A DNA stretch of 64,000 bases from Squalus acanthias (taxonomy: Eukaryota): positions 122,452,001-122,516,000 of the forward strand of contig CM059431.1 in assembly GCA_030390025.1 (NCBI GenBank), given 5' to 3'. This document shows positions 11,650-24,489 of the stretch, piece after piece. Within the stretch, counting starts at the first letter, position 1. Each line of letters starts with the position of its first letter. A model generated the notes under the pieces. It was not told the DNA's origin. It searched no databases and saw only the letters and a list, made by a program, of their open reading frames with translations. The position numbers and the translations under genes were made by a program.

Positions 11650-13650
11650 CGCTAGTGCACAGACACAAAAAGTAATCAGAAAGGCTAATGGATTGTTGAC
11701 CTTTACCTCAAGGAGACTGGAATACAAAGGAAGTTAATCTCCAGTTGTACCGAGCCTTGGTCAGACCCTATCTGGAGCACTGCATTCAGTATTAGGCATC
11801 ACATCTCAGGAAGGGTATTGGCCTTGGGGTGCAATGGATTAAGCCATATTCCAAGAAATACATCATCCTATGAACAGATTTTGATAATATTAATACATGA
11901 CATACTGAGTGTCTGGAAAGCCTCGGCGACACAGGCTGCAAACACAATACAGGCTTCCGAGATAAGGTGAAGTGTTAACAAAAACTGTAAAACACCACAA
12001 GCTTTGAAATGGGAGATGGTTGTAAACACAGAAACAATGGCCCTATTGAAGCAAACCATTGGCGCTTCCAGAAGGTCTGGAGTTTGGGAGAAACACAATG
12101 GAATGACCCAAGTAAAGTGTTATAAGCTAACACTCAGGGAAACAGAAACTTAGAACATTAAACAACCATATGCCTTCATAAAGTAACAGGAAACACGATT
12201 AAATATAAAACCAATTGAAGTAGCTAGAAAACAAGCAAACACCATAGTTGAAATGTTTTCAACTTACATATTGTAAAATATACCTACAGAAGACTTTGAA
12301 AATATAATATCAATAGATGACACCAAGCAATCACATTGTTTATGTGTTAAACTTGGAACACCATGGAGACAGGAGTCTGTGGTTGTAACCAGTTAATGTG
12401 GTTTTAGGATTGAATGGAAAACCTTCGATAAGAATGACATCAAATAAATACTACTGTCATATTGTTTTTTATGATGGTTTTTGAAACACCTAAACACAGA
12501 GACAGGATTCTAAAAGCAAACAGCTGAACTAACAGTAAGAATAGAAAGAAGTCAACAGAGTATCACTAAAGATAATTAGCTTACATCAGCAGAAAACTTC
12601 AAAGAGTATACCACTAAAAAAAAGGTATAAAAATAGAGCTTTTCAGATAGAGAGTCAGAAGTCGCTGGGAAGGAGCAGAGTGATTTTCACCTTCAGAACC
12701 ACTCTGTAGGCCTACAACTCTGAGTCTCGGGTAATCAAGGTATTTGATTTTGGTGGATATTCTGGATTAAGAAATAAGTAGAAGTGTGGAAATATAACAA
12801 AGTTTAGATTTGAGAATAAGGATCTCTGATAAGAAATGTAAGCTATTTGTATTTTGAACGGTTAAAGTTGCGATTGCCATACCAGCTGTGAACTAAATGT
12901 TGGTTCTTTAATAAATCTATATATTTTTAAAATTGTCTCACAGAGTAATTTCTGTATCAATCTCACAAACTCAATTTCTGTACACTCCTTTGAGAGGAGT
13001 TGCAGAATTCTGGGGGGTTTTCCGGACCATCATAATTCTGGAAGGTTACAGACTAGCTAAACTTGTTAAAAGTGCTATCCGGAGGACAGTAACATCTTCA
13101 GGCCATTCCTTTCCTTTAGGGAGTGATAGTCTGAACCTTTAGACCCAATTAAGCATCTCTAGGATTGGGCTACCGCTAACTTTAGTTGAAGGTGAACGTC
13201 TGGGGAATATGCCTGATCTGGGGTAGCCCGAAAAGGGCTAGGACTTGTAATTATCCCTTCAGGAGGGGCTGCAGCACAGATTCACCTGAATGATATCAGG
13301 CACTTAAAGGTTAAATTATGACAGTTTGCATGAACCTAGCTTATATTCCCTAGAGTTTAAAAGGTAGAAGGTGATAAAATTGAGGCGGTTAAAATGATAA
13401 AGAGATTTGATAGGGTAGATAAAGTGAAACTATTTCCTCTGGTGGGGAATCCAAAACAAAAGGGCACAATCTTAAAATTAGAGCTAGGGTATTTAGGAAT
13501 GAAATGAGGAAGCATTTTTTCACACAAATGGATAGTAGAAATCTGAAACACTCTCTCTCAAAGGACTGTGGATGCGAGGTCAATTGAAATGTTTAAGACT
13601 AAGATTGATAGATTTTTGTTCGGTAAGGGTATCAAGAGATATGGATCTTG
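11650..13650 (+). mobile_element. CR1 LINE 3' fragment, interrupted by a solo LTR
   Basis: CR1 RT tail sequence (aaggctaatgg..., gccttggtcagacc..ctggagcactgc) resumes at 13262 with ggaggggctgcagcacagattcacc. Confidence 0.85.
11830..13261 (+). mobile_element. Solo LTR, ~1.43 kb (family A, copy 1)
   Basis: TG...CA termini; 4-bp TSD GGGG/GGAG; TATA-like ggtataaaa ~12625; AATAAA ~12910; homologous to 27608-29059. Confidence 0.85.
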
Positions 13651-13689
13651 ACACCTTAAACCAGTGTTCCACATATCTGTACAGATTAG

Positions 13690-14150
13690 GGTATAACCCT
13701 CCCAGAGTCCCTAAAGTCATCATCATCTATAACATGCCTGACAAGCTTCTAAATATAGAGGCATAACTATGGAGGAGAAAGAGGAGAAGGACAAGCTGGA
13801 ATCAAGTCCAGAGCAGGAAGTAGACATGATGATGTAGCTTCTGAAATATCAGTGCAGCCAAGAAGACTAGTGCACCATTAAGCTACTATTAGATAAGCGC
13901 CTGAAATCCCCCTTTACTGAACCCTCCATCCACATGGACACAATTAAGTGGCCCAAAGCACCTTCTGCTACACCATCATTTGCATTTCCTCACTATATTC
14001 AATGCCCATCTTTTATTTACTGCTACCTTACTCTACATCAGCAGAAATAAAGAGGTTTAAACTGGTTTTAGGCATTAGCGCAAAATGGGCGATAGCGCAT
14101 TAGCAGTCCATTTTACATGCCATCCAATTTTCTTTTCCAATTACATCAGG
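13690..14150 (+). mobile_element. Old Harbinger remnant (transposase C-terminus and end)
   Basis: KVIIIYNMP followed by an acidic tract, resembling the CCMLHN..EEEE tail. Confidence 0.45.
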
Positions 14151-14269
14151 TAGGTATAAAACAAGTTGTTTCTTCCCTATCGCTCATTTTACCCTACTGT
14201 CCAAGATCAATTTCATCCTCAAAATCTTTGGACAAAGTCCAACTACAGTCCAACTTATTACCCTACACT

Positions 14270-15026
14270 GGCCTGTATTTTCTGATCCCTACGGGTGCGT
14301 ACGAGGTGTGTACACACCCGTAGGGACCTCGCAAGTGCCGGTTTCAGGCATGCGAAGCGCATGTGCTGAAAACCGGCACTTCCGATCTGACAAGAATCCT
14401 CTTGACAGATCGGACGCCTGCCCTGGAGAAGGGCCTCTGCGGGTGGAGAGTTCCGCTTTCTGCAGAACCTCCGCCGGCTGAAATCCCTTAAAAATCTTAC
14501 ACCTGGTAAAAGCAGGCGTAAGGCCTGCTTTTACCAGCATAAGAGTTTTAAAACATTTTTAATTTTTTTTTTCACTCATTTATAATTTAAAAATACTTTA
14601 AAAAAAAGTAAGTTTATTTTTAGCCCTGTAAAATACTTTAATTATTTTTTCAAAAGTTACATTTTTGATTAAAATATTTAATTTCATGTAATTTTAACTA
14701 ATTTTAAAAACCTGATTTAAAAAAAATGGATTTAATGTTTTGATGTGTTTTTGGGAGTGATCCCCATTCATACTTTTGGCAGGTCTAAGCTGTCAAAAGT
14801 ATGAAGGGAGATTCCCTTCTTTCATTGGTTCCCCATGGCCCACGTGATCCCAGGGACGTTTGTGAACCGCATGCGCCCCTGGGATACCTGGGCCCTGAGC
14901 ATTTCGTAGAGCGGAGGCCCAGGAGCGGAAATGGCCGGACCTCTGGAGCCTTCAGGTAAGGGCGCAGATTTTTTCCAGATTGGAGGCCTCTGCACGCAGG
15001 AAGCCTGCGCTCGGAAAATACGGGCC
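14270..15026. mobile_element. Harbinger-type MITE, ~760 bp
   Basis: TIRs GGCCTGTATTTTC / GAAAATACGGGCC; flanks ACT/ACG; CpG-rich ends and AT-rich core; same layout as the 16968 and 19910 MITEs. Confidence 0.85.
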
Positions 15027-15529
15027 ACGATGTTCTGTATGAGTGAGTACAGTGATTTTTCCCAAAAGCTGCTTCCCCTCAGTGCTGCTGTATTGTACTT
15101 GTCCAGTGCTTCTTTCCCTCATGCTGCAGGTTTTCTCTTCTCCCCAAATATTTTTGTTTGTTTCTGTCACTTGATTACATATGTGCAACTTTCACTTCCT
15201 TACTCTAGTTCTACCTGTGACAATGCCATGGGAGATGGAATATAGGGGGTTATTTTGGGGAAAGGGTGAAACAGGCACTAATGGATGCTGTGCTAATAAG
15301 ACACACCTGCTTAAAAGTATGGCTTTAGCCTGCAATTTTGGAGCTAATTGGTGATTATCATGATTTAAATGTACCTGGAGATGCTAAAACGGAGATCTGC
15401 ACGTTTAGCACTCAAACGCTGATTAGGAGCAATTTTCCTGGAGCGGTATATATAAACTCCACCCACCCACTTCCACTCAATGTGTGGAGTGCGCTGGCTG
15501 ACACACAACGGAACATTTCAGGTGGCTCA

Positions 15530-18170
15530 GGGACTGAGGGAGAGAGCACACAGGTTCTCGGATGCAGCACTGGAGGTCCTGTTGGAGGCGAACTAGAGGA
15601 GGAGGGGTGTCCTTTACCTGCAGGGTAGAAGGAGTCCTCAGAGGTAGATAATGCGGTGGACATGGGAGCAGGTCGCCCAGGAAGTAACAGCCAAGAGCCC
15701 TGCCCCCAGAATATGGCTCCAGTGCCGCAAGAAATTGAATGACTTGACACAAGTGGTCAAGGTAAGATCCCATCTCACAAATACATTGCTCACTAACTGC
15801 ACCACCAACATCACAACCTCAACACACTTCGTCCACCATCTAACTATACACTGACATTCACACACACCACACTATTGCATCCTTCACAGGCACTATTCAC
15901 ACCTCAGATACATCTAACAGCTCTTCAATCAATTGAGGCATCACACACAATACACCTGTCAAGACACTCATTCACAATCACCACTCTTTCTCTTTCAGGA
16001 AAAGGTAGCACAAAACAGGCACCAGCAGGACCTGACCGGGGGAGGGGAAGCATGACTGCATGCTATCACCCCCCTTGAGGAGGCAGTGCCGGCTGTGGTC
16101 GGGAGGGGAGTGGCAGACGCCGTGGCCACAGGCAGAGCAGGAGGCATATCGCCTAGAGGTATGTGGCCACACCAGCTTCCTTACAGATCCACAACTATTT
16201 ATGATCCCTAATCCTCCAAACCTATCCTCACTCCCAAGCTCCAAATGGCCTCATCACGCACATCTTCCTATAGTGGCCACACGCGCTGCACCCTAACCCT
16301 TCTAGCTTTATCATTGCAGGCTCCCAGGAGCAGCATCCATCTCACCACCAGCCCACCCCCCAACCCCCCATGGAGGAACTGGAAGAAGAGGAAGAGCCAC
16401 CTCACCCCCCAGAGAAAGAGGAGCAGGAGGAGGAGAGAGAGGAACATGGCACGGCATCAATCATCCCCACTGTCGCAGGCACCAGCTCAGAGACCGGCAC
16501 CATGCATATGTTAGAGGTTAGAGTAGAAGAGGGATCCTCACAGTGGGACACACTGGACACTAGTGGGCAGTAGCCACAGTGGGTGGAAGGGACACCATAG
16601 GTGCCACCTTGCCAGGGGGCAAGGTCGTATACTAGTTCTGCTGCAGAGCAGTCAGATGAGGACCTCACAGGGCCAAGCTTCAGAAGAAGGCTGATGGGTT
16701 TGAGAAACCAAATGCTTGGTGCAATGGACAGCCTGCCTGAAAGCTTACGGCTCGTGGCTGGGGAGATGGAAGAGTCCGCCTCCAGCTTAGCCCAAGGCTT
16801 AATGCAGAGCCTGGAACCCATCCTCTCCAGCGTGGAGAGGCTGGCCAATTCCATCCGGCAACCTGTGGAGCCCAAAATCATGCAGCGTCTGAAGATTGAG
16901 GTCGCAGTTTCAACTGCAGTCATTGCAGCTTCCATGGAACGGCAAACAGCTTGCAGGGAATGACGATGGCCCAGAAATTGATCTCGCTCTGTTCCCGCGG
17001 GGGTAAGCCTTTCCCGCGATGTCTCACCTCGCTTATGCTTTTTCTGATCCAGCTCGCACGAAATTGATGTTCTGGACAGCTGCTGTGCTGGGCTTGCGTA
17101 TCCCAGCGGCGTAGTTAATTCGTGCGAGCTGTGGGATCACGTGACTCAGTTAGAGCCAATGGCAGCACACCATCTTCCATTCATAAGTCTCACAGCATGG
17201 CTGAGAGACTTATGAATCTTACACCCCCCCAAAATAACAGCTAAACCTCAATTAAATTTAAAAAAAAACCCATCACATTAATAAAATAAGTATAGTTAAT
17301 TAAATTAACCATTTTAAATAAAAAATTAAATTTTTGAAAAAATTTAAAATCTTTTAAAAAGTTATAAAAATAAACTTACCTGTCTTTAAAGTCTATAAAA
17401 AAGATATACCTGTAAAAAAAAATTCAAAAAAATACTTAATTCACTACTTACCTTCTTAAAAGCGGGTCTTACTCCTCCTTTTTACATTTCCAAAATCTTC
17501 AGTACTTACCTGCGCGTCCAAAGCATGAAGTGCACAGCGTGCGCGCAGCCTGTAGCGCGCACGCGATGCACTCCGGCCCCGCCCCCTTTTCGGAAGAGCA
17601 ATTGCCGGTTTTCAGCGCATGCGCAGGGCATGCAGAAAACCGGCAATTGGAGTGGGAATACGCGAGAGTATGCAGTGCGTACTCTCGCGTCCCGGGATCA
17701 ATTTTCGGCCCGATGTGCTGCAATGGAAGCTCAGTTAGCTGCTATGGTGGATCTGGGCTCATCTGTTGAAAAGAGCTTGCCGAGTTTCTCAGCTGCCCAG
17801 AATTCTGTCCTCCAGCAGATCACTGGCCTGGCTGAACAGGCGCCCCGAGGTAGTGGCGTGGGAATCATGGAGCAGCAACCTACTGGCCTCTTTCCGGATG
17901 GCAGCATTGCTGCTCCCTCCCCCGCCACTCCACCATTGCCCTTGCCGTTGCCATTCAGCCAGGTGGCCCAGACTGCTCAAGGCCCATGCTGAGGTAGTGC
18001 AGTCTGAGGCGGGGCCATCACGGCTCATAGCCTCTCAAGGGCGTCGCAGGAGGACATCTGAACTGCCCTCTTCAGATTCTCAGTGGCCATCCATCTCACG
18101 TGCTGCTGTCACTGGGGTTGCACTTCATAGAAGCAAGAGAGTAGGAAGAGCACTTATAGATAGTCACTAA
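15530..18170 (+). pseudogene. Myb/SANT-like partner gene of H5 (3 exons, degenerate)
   Basis: WEQVAQEVTAKSPAPRIWLQCRKKLNDLTQVVK|gtaaga; exon 2 ~15999-16159; exon 3 from ~16320, split by a MITE; ends QSEAGPSR...LHRSKR. Confidence 0.85.
16968..17711. mobile_element. Harbinger-type MITE
   Basis: 16-bp TIRs GGCCCAGAAATTGATC / GATCAATTTTCGGCCC; GAT TSD; interrupts Myb exon 3. Confidence 0.92.
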
Positions 18171-18489
18171 TGATAAGCACCAGGGTGAATAGTTTAATAA
18201 TTGTAAGTGCAGTTGGTTGTTGTAATGATTTTGTTGTCTGTTGTTGCTGTAGATAAAGAGTGATTATGGTAATTGGGTACTGGCGGAATTGGTGGTCCTT
18301 TTTATTGTGTTCTTCATGGGGAAGGGGTTGAAAGGATTGAGTGCAGATGGTGGACTTCTTGATGGATCCTCAGTCCTGGAAGTTAAGGGATGTGGTAACA
18401 GTGCTCTGAAGTCTGATGGCGGAGGATGGATTTCAAAATTGGTCTTTAATTCGATGGCGCCAAGCATCCCTCCCAAGTGCGGGCCATCT

Positions 18490-19580
18490 ACCTGAAACAC
18501 TCTGGTGATTCCCCTGGTCACCCTCATCTCCTCCTCCTCTTCCTCCTCCTCCTCTTGTGGCTCCTGAGCTTGACCCTCTGGCACAATTACTGTAGGTAAA
18601 GACTGGTCTCTCATGATTGCCAGATTGTGGAGCAAGCAACATGTTACCACGAATCGGAGATCTTCTCAGCTGAGTACTGCAGGACACCCCCTGCCTGGTC
18701 AAGGCATCTAAAGCTCTGCTTGAGGACCCCAATGGTCTGCTCAATTATATTCCTAGTGGCAGAATGACTCTCATTGTATGAGTGCTCATGTGGGGCTTTC
18801 TCAGGGGAGTCATGAGCCATGGCATCAGAGGATATCCCTTGTCACCTAGTAGCCAGCCATGCACATTGTATTGGGGCTCAAATATCTGTGGGACGGATGA
18901 CTGTCATTATAAAAGCATCGTGGCAGCTCCCTGGATAGCAGGCATTCACCTGCATGATGCGCTGCCGATGGTCGCACACGAGCTGCAAACTGAGGGCATG
19001 GAATCCCTTCCTGTTCCTGAACACCTCTGAGTTTAAATGAGGGGTTCGCAAGGCCACATGTGCGCAGTCAATGGCTCCCTGGACTATGGGGAATCCCGCA
19101 ATCCTGTCGAATCATAGAGCTCTCTGCCTCTGGTCTTCTCTGGCAATAGGGAATGATATATAGTCATCTGTCAGAGCATATAGAGCCGCAGAGACCTCCC
19201 TTATGCAGAAGTGGACAGAGGATTGTGATGTGTGACTTATATCACCTGTAAGGTTCCAGTAGCATAGATTTGCTACTGTGACCTTGACTGCCACAGGCAT
19301 TGCAGTCCTGGCTGTGCTGTGAGATCTGAGTCTTTGTTCCACGAGGCCACAGATCTCTGTGACAACCTCCTTAGTGAAGTGCAGCCTCCTCATGCACTGA
19401 TCTTGAGTCATGTGAATGTAATGGTGCTCTCTGAAGATCCTGGGTGGATAGGGTTTCCTGCTGAGTACCCTCCTCACCATCTCTCTTCCAGCAGCTGGTG
19501 CTGCTCTGCTTGGCTTCATCTTCTCCTCCCATTCCCCCTTTAGACCAAGGGGGACCCCTAGCAAGATCCCCATGACCAAG
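18490..19580 (-). pseudogene. Harbinger transposase of H5
   Basis: [47 protein letters not shown] and CCLLHNLAI across frameshifted segments. Confidence 0.9.
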
Positions 19581-19909
19581 CATTCCCTTTCTCCTGGTGA
19601 TTCCTATAAGTTCTTCTATAAGGTAGAGTAGCACAGCACTTATTCTCTTTAGGTGAAGGTCTCAGAGAATTTTCAGGAAAAATGTTGATAGATTGTTGGT
19701 GAAGTCTTGAAAAAGTGTTCCAGAAAGTCTCCCGATGTGTCTCAAAAGTCCTCTTCAAATGCAGTGTGGTCAGTTTATCTTCAGGCAATGCAATTGGCAG
19801 TCAGAGCTTTAACGATCCTCGGGGCAGCCATCTCTAGCACGTGCTTCAACTCCTTTACCAAGATGGCGTCTTGCGTTAAAAGTGAGCTAAACGAGCGTTG
19901 CAGCTCATT

Positions 19910-21438
19910 GGCCCAGAAATTCGCCTCTCCGGCTTGCCGCGGGGGTAAGGATCGCGCGCGCACTTACCTACCGCTCCTGCCGTTGTGTTTTGGGCCCACA
20001 GGAACTTCAGCTCCTGGTCCTGCTCCAAGTGCCGGCGCGCAGTGCTTGCATGTCCCAGGGGTGTAGTTAGTGTGATGCGTCCCCTGGGATCACATGGGCC
20101 ATGGAGAGCCAATGGCAGCAGACCATCATTCATTCATAGATTTGACAGGAGACCTGTCAAATCTGTGAATTGAAATCGGCCCCAAAAGAACAGCTAAACT
20201 TAAAATATATTTTTTTTAAAACCCATCACATTTATAAAATAACTATAGTTAAATAAATTAACCACTTTAAACAAAAATTTAAATTTTTGAAAAAATTAAA
20301 ATACTTTTTAAAAGTGATAAAAATAAACTTACCTTTCTTTAAAGTATCTAATAAAGTTAAACCTGTTGAAAATGTTTTTAAATTATACTTAATTAACCAC
20401 TTACCTTGTTGAATACGGGTCCTGCGCCTCCTTTTTAATGGACCAAAAATTTGGCCCTTCCCGGGTGAGTACACAGTCCGTACTCACCCGTAATGCGTCC
20501 CGAAGTGCCGGTTTCCTGCATGCACTGCACATGCGCGGGAAACCAGAACTTCTGGTATGGTGAAGGGGGCGGTTCCGAGGTGAACCGCGTGCGCGGTAGA
20601 GGCTGCGCGCACGCAGCAAACTTAGATTTTTTTTCAGGTTTCTACGCGAGGGTAAGTATTGAAGAAACTACGCTATTAAAAAGGAGGCGCAGGATCCGTT
20701 TTCAACAAGGTAAGTGGTTAATTAAGTATAATTTAAAAACAATTTCAACAGGTTTATCTTTTTTAGATACTTTAAAGAAAGGTAAGCTTATTTTTATCAC
20801 TTTTAAAAAGTATTTAATTTTTCAAAAATTTAAATTTTTGTTTAAAGTGGTTAATTTATTTAACTATAGTTATTTTATAAATGTGATGGTTATTTTTAAT
20901 TTATTTTAAGTTTAGCTGTTCTTTTGGGGCCGATTTCAATTCACAGATTTGACAGGTCTCCTGTCAAATCTATGAATGAAAGATGGTCTGCTGCCATTGG
21001 CTCTCCATGGCCCACGTGATCCCAGGGGACGCATCGCACTAACTACGCCCCTGGGACACGCAAGCACTGCACCCCGGCTCTTGGAGCAGGACCAGGAGCT
21101 GAAGTTCCCGTGGGCCCAAAACACAATGGCAGGCGCGGTAGGTAAGTGCGCGCGCGATCCTTACCCCCTGCGGCAAGCCGGAGAGGCGAATTTCTGGGCC
21201 ATTAGCATAGTTTCTTCACTACTTACCCTCGTGTAGAAACCTGAAAAAAAATCTAAGTTTGCTGCATGTGCGCAGCCTCTACTGCGCACGCGGTTCACCT
21301 AGGAACCGCCCCCTTCACCATACCGGAAGTTCCGGTTTCCCGCGCATGTGCAGTGCATGCAGGAAACCGACACTTCAGGACGCATTACAGGTGAGTACGG
21401 ACTGTGTACACACCCGGGAAGGGCCGAATTTTTGGCCC
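19910..21438 (+). mobile_element. Young MITE family M, outer copy (split by the inner copy)
   Basis: TIRs GGCCCAGAAATTC / GAATTTTTGGCCC; halves 19910-20439 and 21204-21438 rejoin to match the inner copy. Confidence 0.92.
20440..21200 (-). mobile_element. MITE family M, inner copy, inserted in reverse into its own family
   Basis: Reverse complement of the outer copy; flanks AAT/ATT. Confidence 0.92.
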
Positions 21439-21620
21439 AATACCTCAAATGCTCTTTAGCGCAGAAAATATCCAGGGGAAATTACCCCATAGTTTCTTAC
21501 TGGGTTAAGATTTTTAGATTGGTTTTAAACTTTAAATGGTGGCTTCTATTTTACCTTGTGGTCCAGTTTTCATTTTCAAATACTGATTTATGCAATTTTT
21601 AATTGATGTAATGAAATAAT

Positions 21621-21745
21621 GGGAGTAATTTCAACCTACCCAGCCCGGCAGGAAACTGGAGAGTAAAATGGGGCGGGGGTGTCAAAGCGGCGTGCAAACT
21701 GAACTCGTCAGTTTCCCGCTGGGTGGATTAGGTTAAAATTGCCCC
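21621..21745. mobile_element. 125-bp Harbinger-type MITE
   Basis: GGGAGTAATTTCAACC / GGTTAAAATTGCCCC; flanks AAT/AAC. Confidence 0.65.
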
Positions 21746-23402
21746 AACATGTTAAGGCAGGGTTAGAGGAATGTACCATTCCATCTCTTTAGCTCCTCTT
21801 CCTTCTTCTTTCATAACTGATTGTACTAACAGAACTCAAGGGTGAAGAATCAACAATAATTTCCCCTGTGTAGCTTCTAAGTTTGTCATGCATTTCACAT
21901 ACTCCTGGTTACGTCTGCAATGGCTGTAGAGAGCACATTCTGATATGTAAAATTCAACCCCACTTGAAAATTTTAGCCAAAAAAAAGTACCAGTACGTAC
22001 CTCATGTGAAGGGAAGGTTGTGTAACTGCGCTGAATCGAGTTTGTCAAATTCTGCGACTGCAGAACCAGTTTCTTAGACCATGCAAACAGAAAGATTACC
22101 TCTGCAAAAAATGGTTGGCACCGTAATCTGCTTCCTTTCTCACTTCAAAGATAACATGGTTTAATTAGGCTCTTTCAGGCCAACAATTTCATAAACCTGT
22201 CACAAAGAATGATTACCTGTCTGTGAGTCCGTGCTGATCACTATCTGTTGTGAACTCGGTAGAGCGCATCCCGTGAATTTTGCGGCTCAACACGATTGTT
22301 AATTTACCAATACGAATGCAGTGACAGTCGTTGCTTAGATAAGAGTGCCCGAAAACAGGTCCTTGTTTACAGCTTGTAAATCACATTATCCATATCCTGC
22401 CACCATATAAATTGTAAGTTAGAACAATTCTGTGAAGTCACGATCACACATCACTTTGTCACTCTATGACAAAGGCAAAGTGCAGTGGGGATTTTGTATC
22501 ACATTTTGATGACTTGCTTCGACATTTTCCTGAAACAATAACAAGTTCTCCACGATAGAAATCTTTTTAACATTTTCGATTATTTAACTTCATTGTAGCG
22601 CATCTGAATCATGCAAATAAAAATAACTTTGTGCTGCTGTACGGTTAGAGCCAGTATTGTCTCTTTATAGTGCTCACTGCATAAGCTTCAGATTGCATAC
22701 AATCCTTCCGATTGTGGCGGCCCTCCCCGATAAAGATTTTAGAGCATTTCTAATTATTCTTCCGTTTGGTTAATCCTGAAGCCTACTTTTGATTTTGATA
22801 TGTGCACTGCCACTAAATTAGTCAAAGCAGCTTCATAGACAATAGTGGCTGGGGAGCATGCCAGTGATTTCATGCTCCAGTGGGCAATGCTCCATGCTGA
22901 GAAAGGGATTTTGCGATATATATAAATAAATATATGGCATTGCGCTTGGTAAGTCACAGAAAACACTGTCTTGTCTTTGTGTTGCCGTTGGTGTCCTGCT
23001 TGTTTCTGCAGCAGACTCTCTGCCATTTTACTTCCGTTTCTCTTCTTTTTTTTTGTTCTTTCTCTGTAGTGTTCTTTTATCTTTCTTTCCCACTTTTGTG
23101 CACTCACAGGTCTGGAAGAGGCACGTCCCTATGGAGTGGGGAGGTGCCAGCAGAATGCAATGTTAAGGACCGGTGCACTAATTAGCTTTGATCACATGTA
23201 GTCACCCAATTCCACACCTAGGTGTGTGCCTTTGCCCTGTGCTGCATCATGTCTTCTCATGCCCATGTATGGACTCCCCACACCTAATGTTCCCTTTCTC
23301 TGCAGCACCTGAGCACTCACCACATCCACTCAACACTCTGTCCACTGCCCTATTCACCCATTTTGTTCCACCTTGACCCATAGCCTTCCTTCTGTTGACA
23401 TT

Positions 23403-24170
23403 GGCTCAGAAATTTGGCTCCCTGGTTTCCCGCGGGTGCAAGGATCCCGCGCGCACCTACCTACCGCGCCTGCCGTTGACCTCTGGGCCCACGGGGACTT
23501 CAGCTCCTGGGCCTCCCCCAACTGCCGGCGCGCAGTGCTTGCATGTCCCAGGGGCGTAGTTAGTGCGATGCGTCCCCTGGGATCACGTGGGCCATGGAGA
23601 GCCAATGGCAGCAGATCATCTTTCATTCATAGATTTGACAGGAGACCTGTCAAATCTATTAATTGAAATCGGCCCCAAAACAACACCTAAACTTCAAATA
23701 TTTTTTTTTTTTAAAAACCATCACATTTTTAAAATAACTATAAGTTAAATAAATTAACTACTTTAAACAAAAATTTAAATTTTTGAAAAAATTAAAATAC
23801 TTTTTAACAGTGCTAAAAATAAACTTACCTTTCTTTAAAGTATCTAAAAAAGATAAACCTGTTGAAATTTTTTTTAAATTGTAATTAATTAACCACTTAC
23901 CTTGTTGAAAACGGGTCTTGCGCCTCCTTTTTAAAAGCACAGCCTCTTCAATACTTAACCTCCCGGAGAAACTTGAAAAAAAACCTAAGTTCGCTGCGTG
24001 CGCGCAGTCTCCACCGCGCACGCGGTTCACCTCTGAACCGCTCCCTTCACGAGACCGGAAGTTCCGGTTTCCCGCGCACGAGCAGTGCATGCAGAAAACC
24101 GGCACTTCAGGTGGCCTTACGGGTGAGTACACAACGCGTACTCACCTGGCAAGTGCCGAACTTTTGGCCC
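23403..24170 (+). mobile_element. MITE family M, third copy
   Basis: Colinear and highly similar to the 19910 copy; flanks ATT/AAT. Confidence 0.92.
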
Positions 24171-24489
24171 AATATCTTTCCCACTTACTGCAGTCTCCTG
24201 TTGCTGCTCGCCCTCCCTGTTTTTGCTACCCCTCTCTTTCCCCCCCCCCCCACTCTTTCCCCATTCCCACTGTTCCACATCTTTTTCCTATCTCCCTCTT
24301 CCCATCACCTCCCCATTTTCCCTCATATCCCCTTCACCTTCTCGTTCACCCATCCTGGATGTTGTTCCCCCTCTCCCTTTCCCTTCCAACTACCCTTCCA
24401 CTTACTCATCTTCCCTACCCTTTCTCTTCGCACTCCCCTTTTTCACCCACTCCCTCGTCACCCCTTTCAGCTATTCTCCTAAAATTCCA

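Larger units (their letters stand above)
15245..21488. mobile_element. Full-span degenerate Harbinger H5 carrying three nested MITEs
   Basis: ATA TSD; ends GGGGGTTATTTT / AAATTACCCC; Myb gene on +, transposase on -. Confidence 0.8.

Noticed and set aside
22848..22880. Iron-responsive element or snoRNA (GGAGCATG-cCAGTGAttt-CATGCTCC)
   Set aside because: CAGTG is not closed by the required 5-bp upper stem with a C bulge, and there is no convincing C/D box pair.
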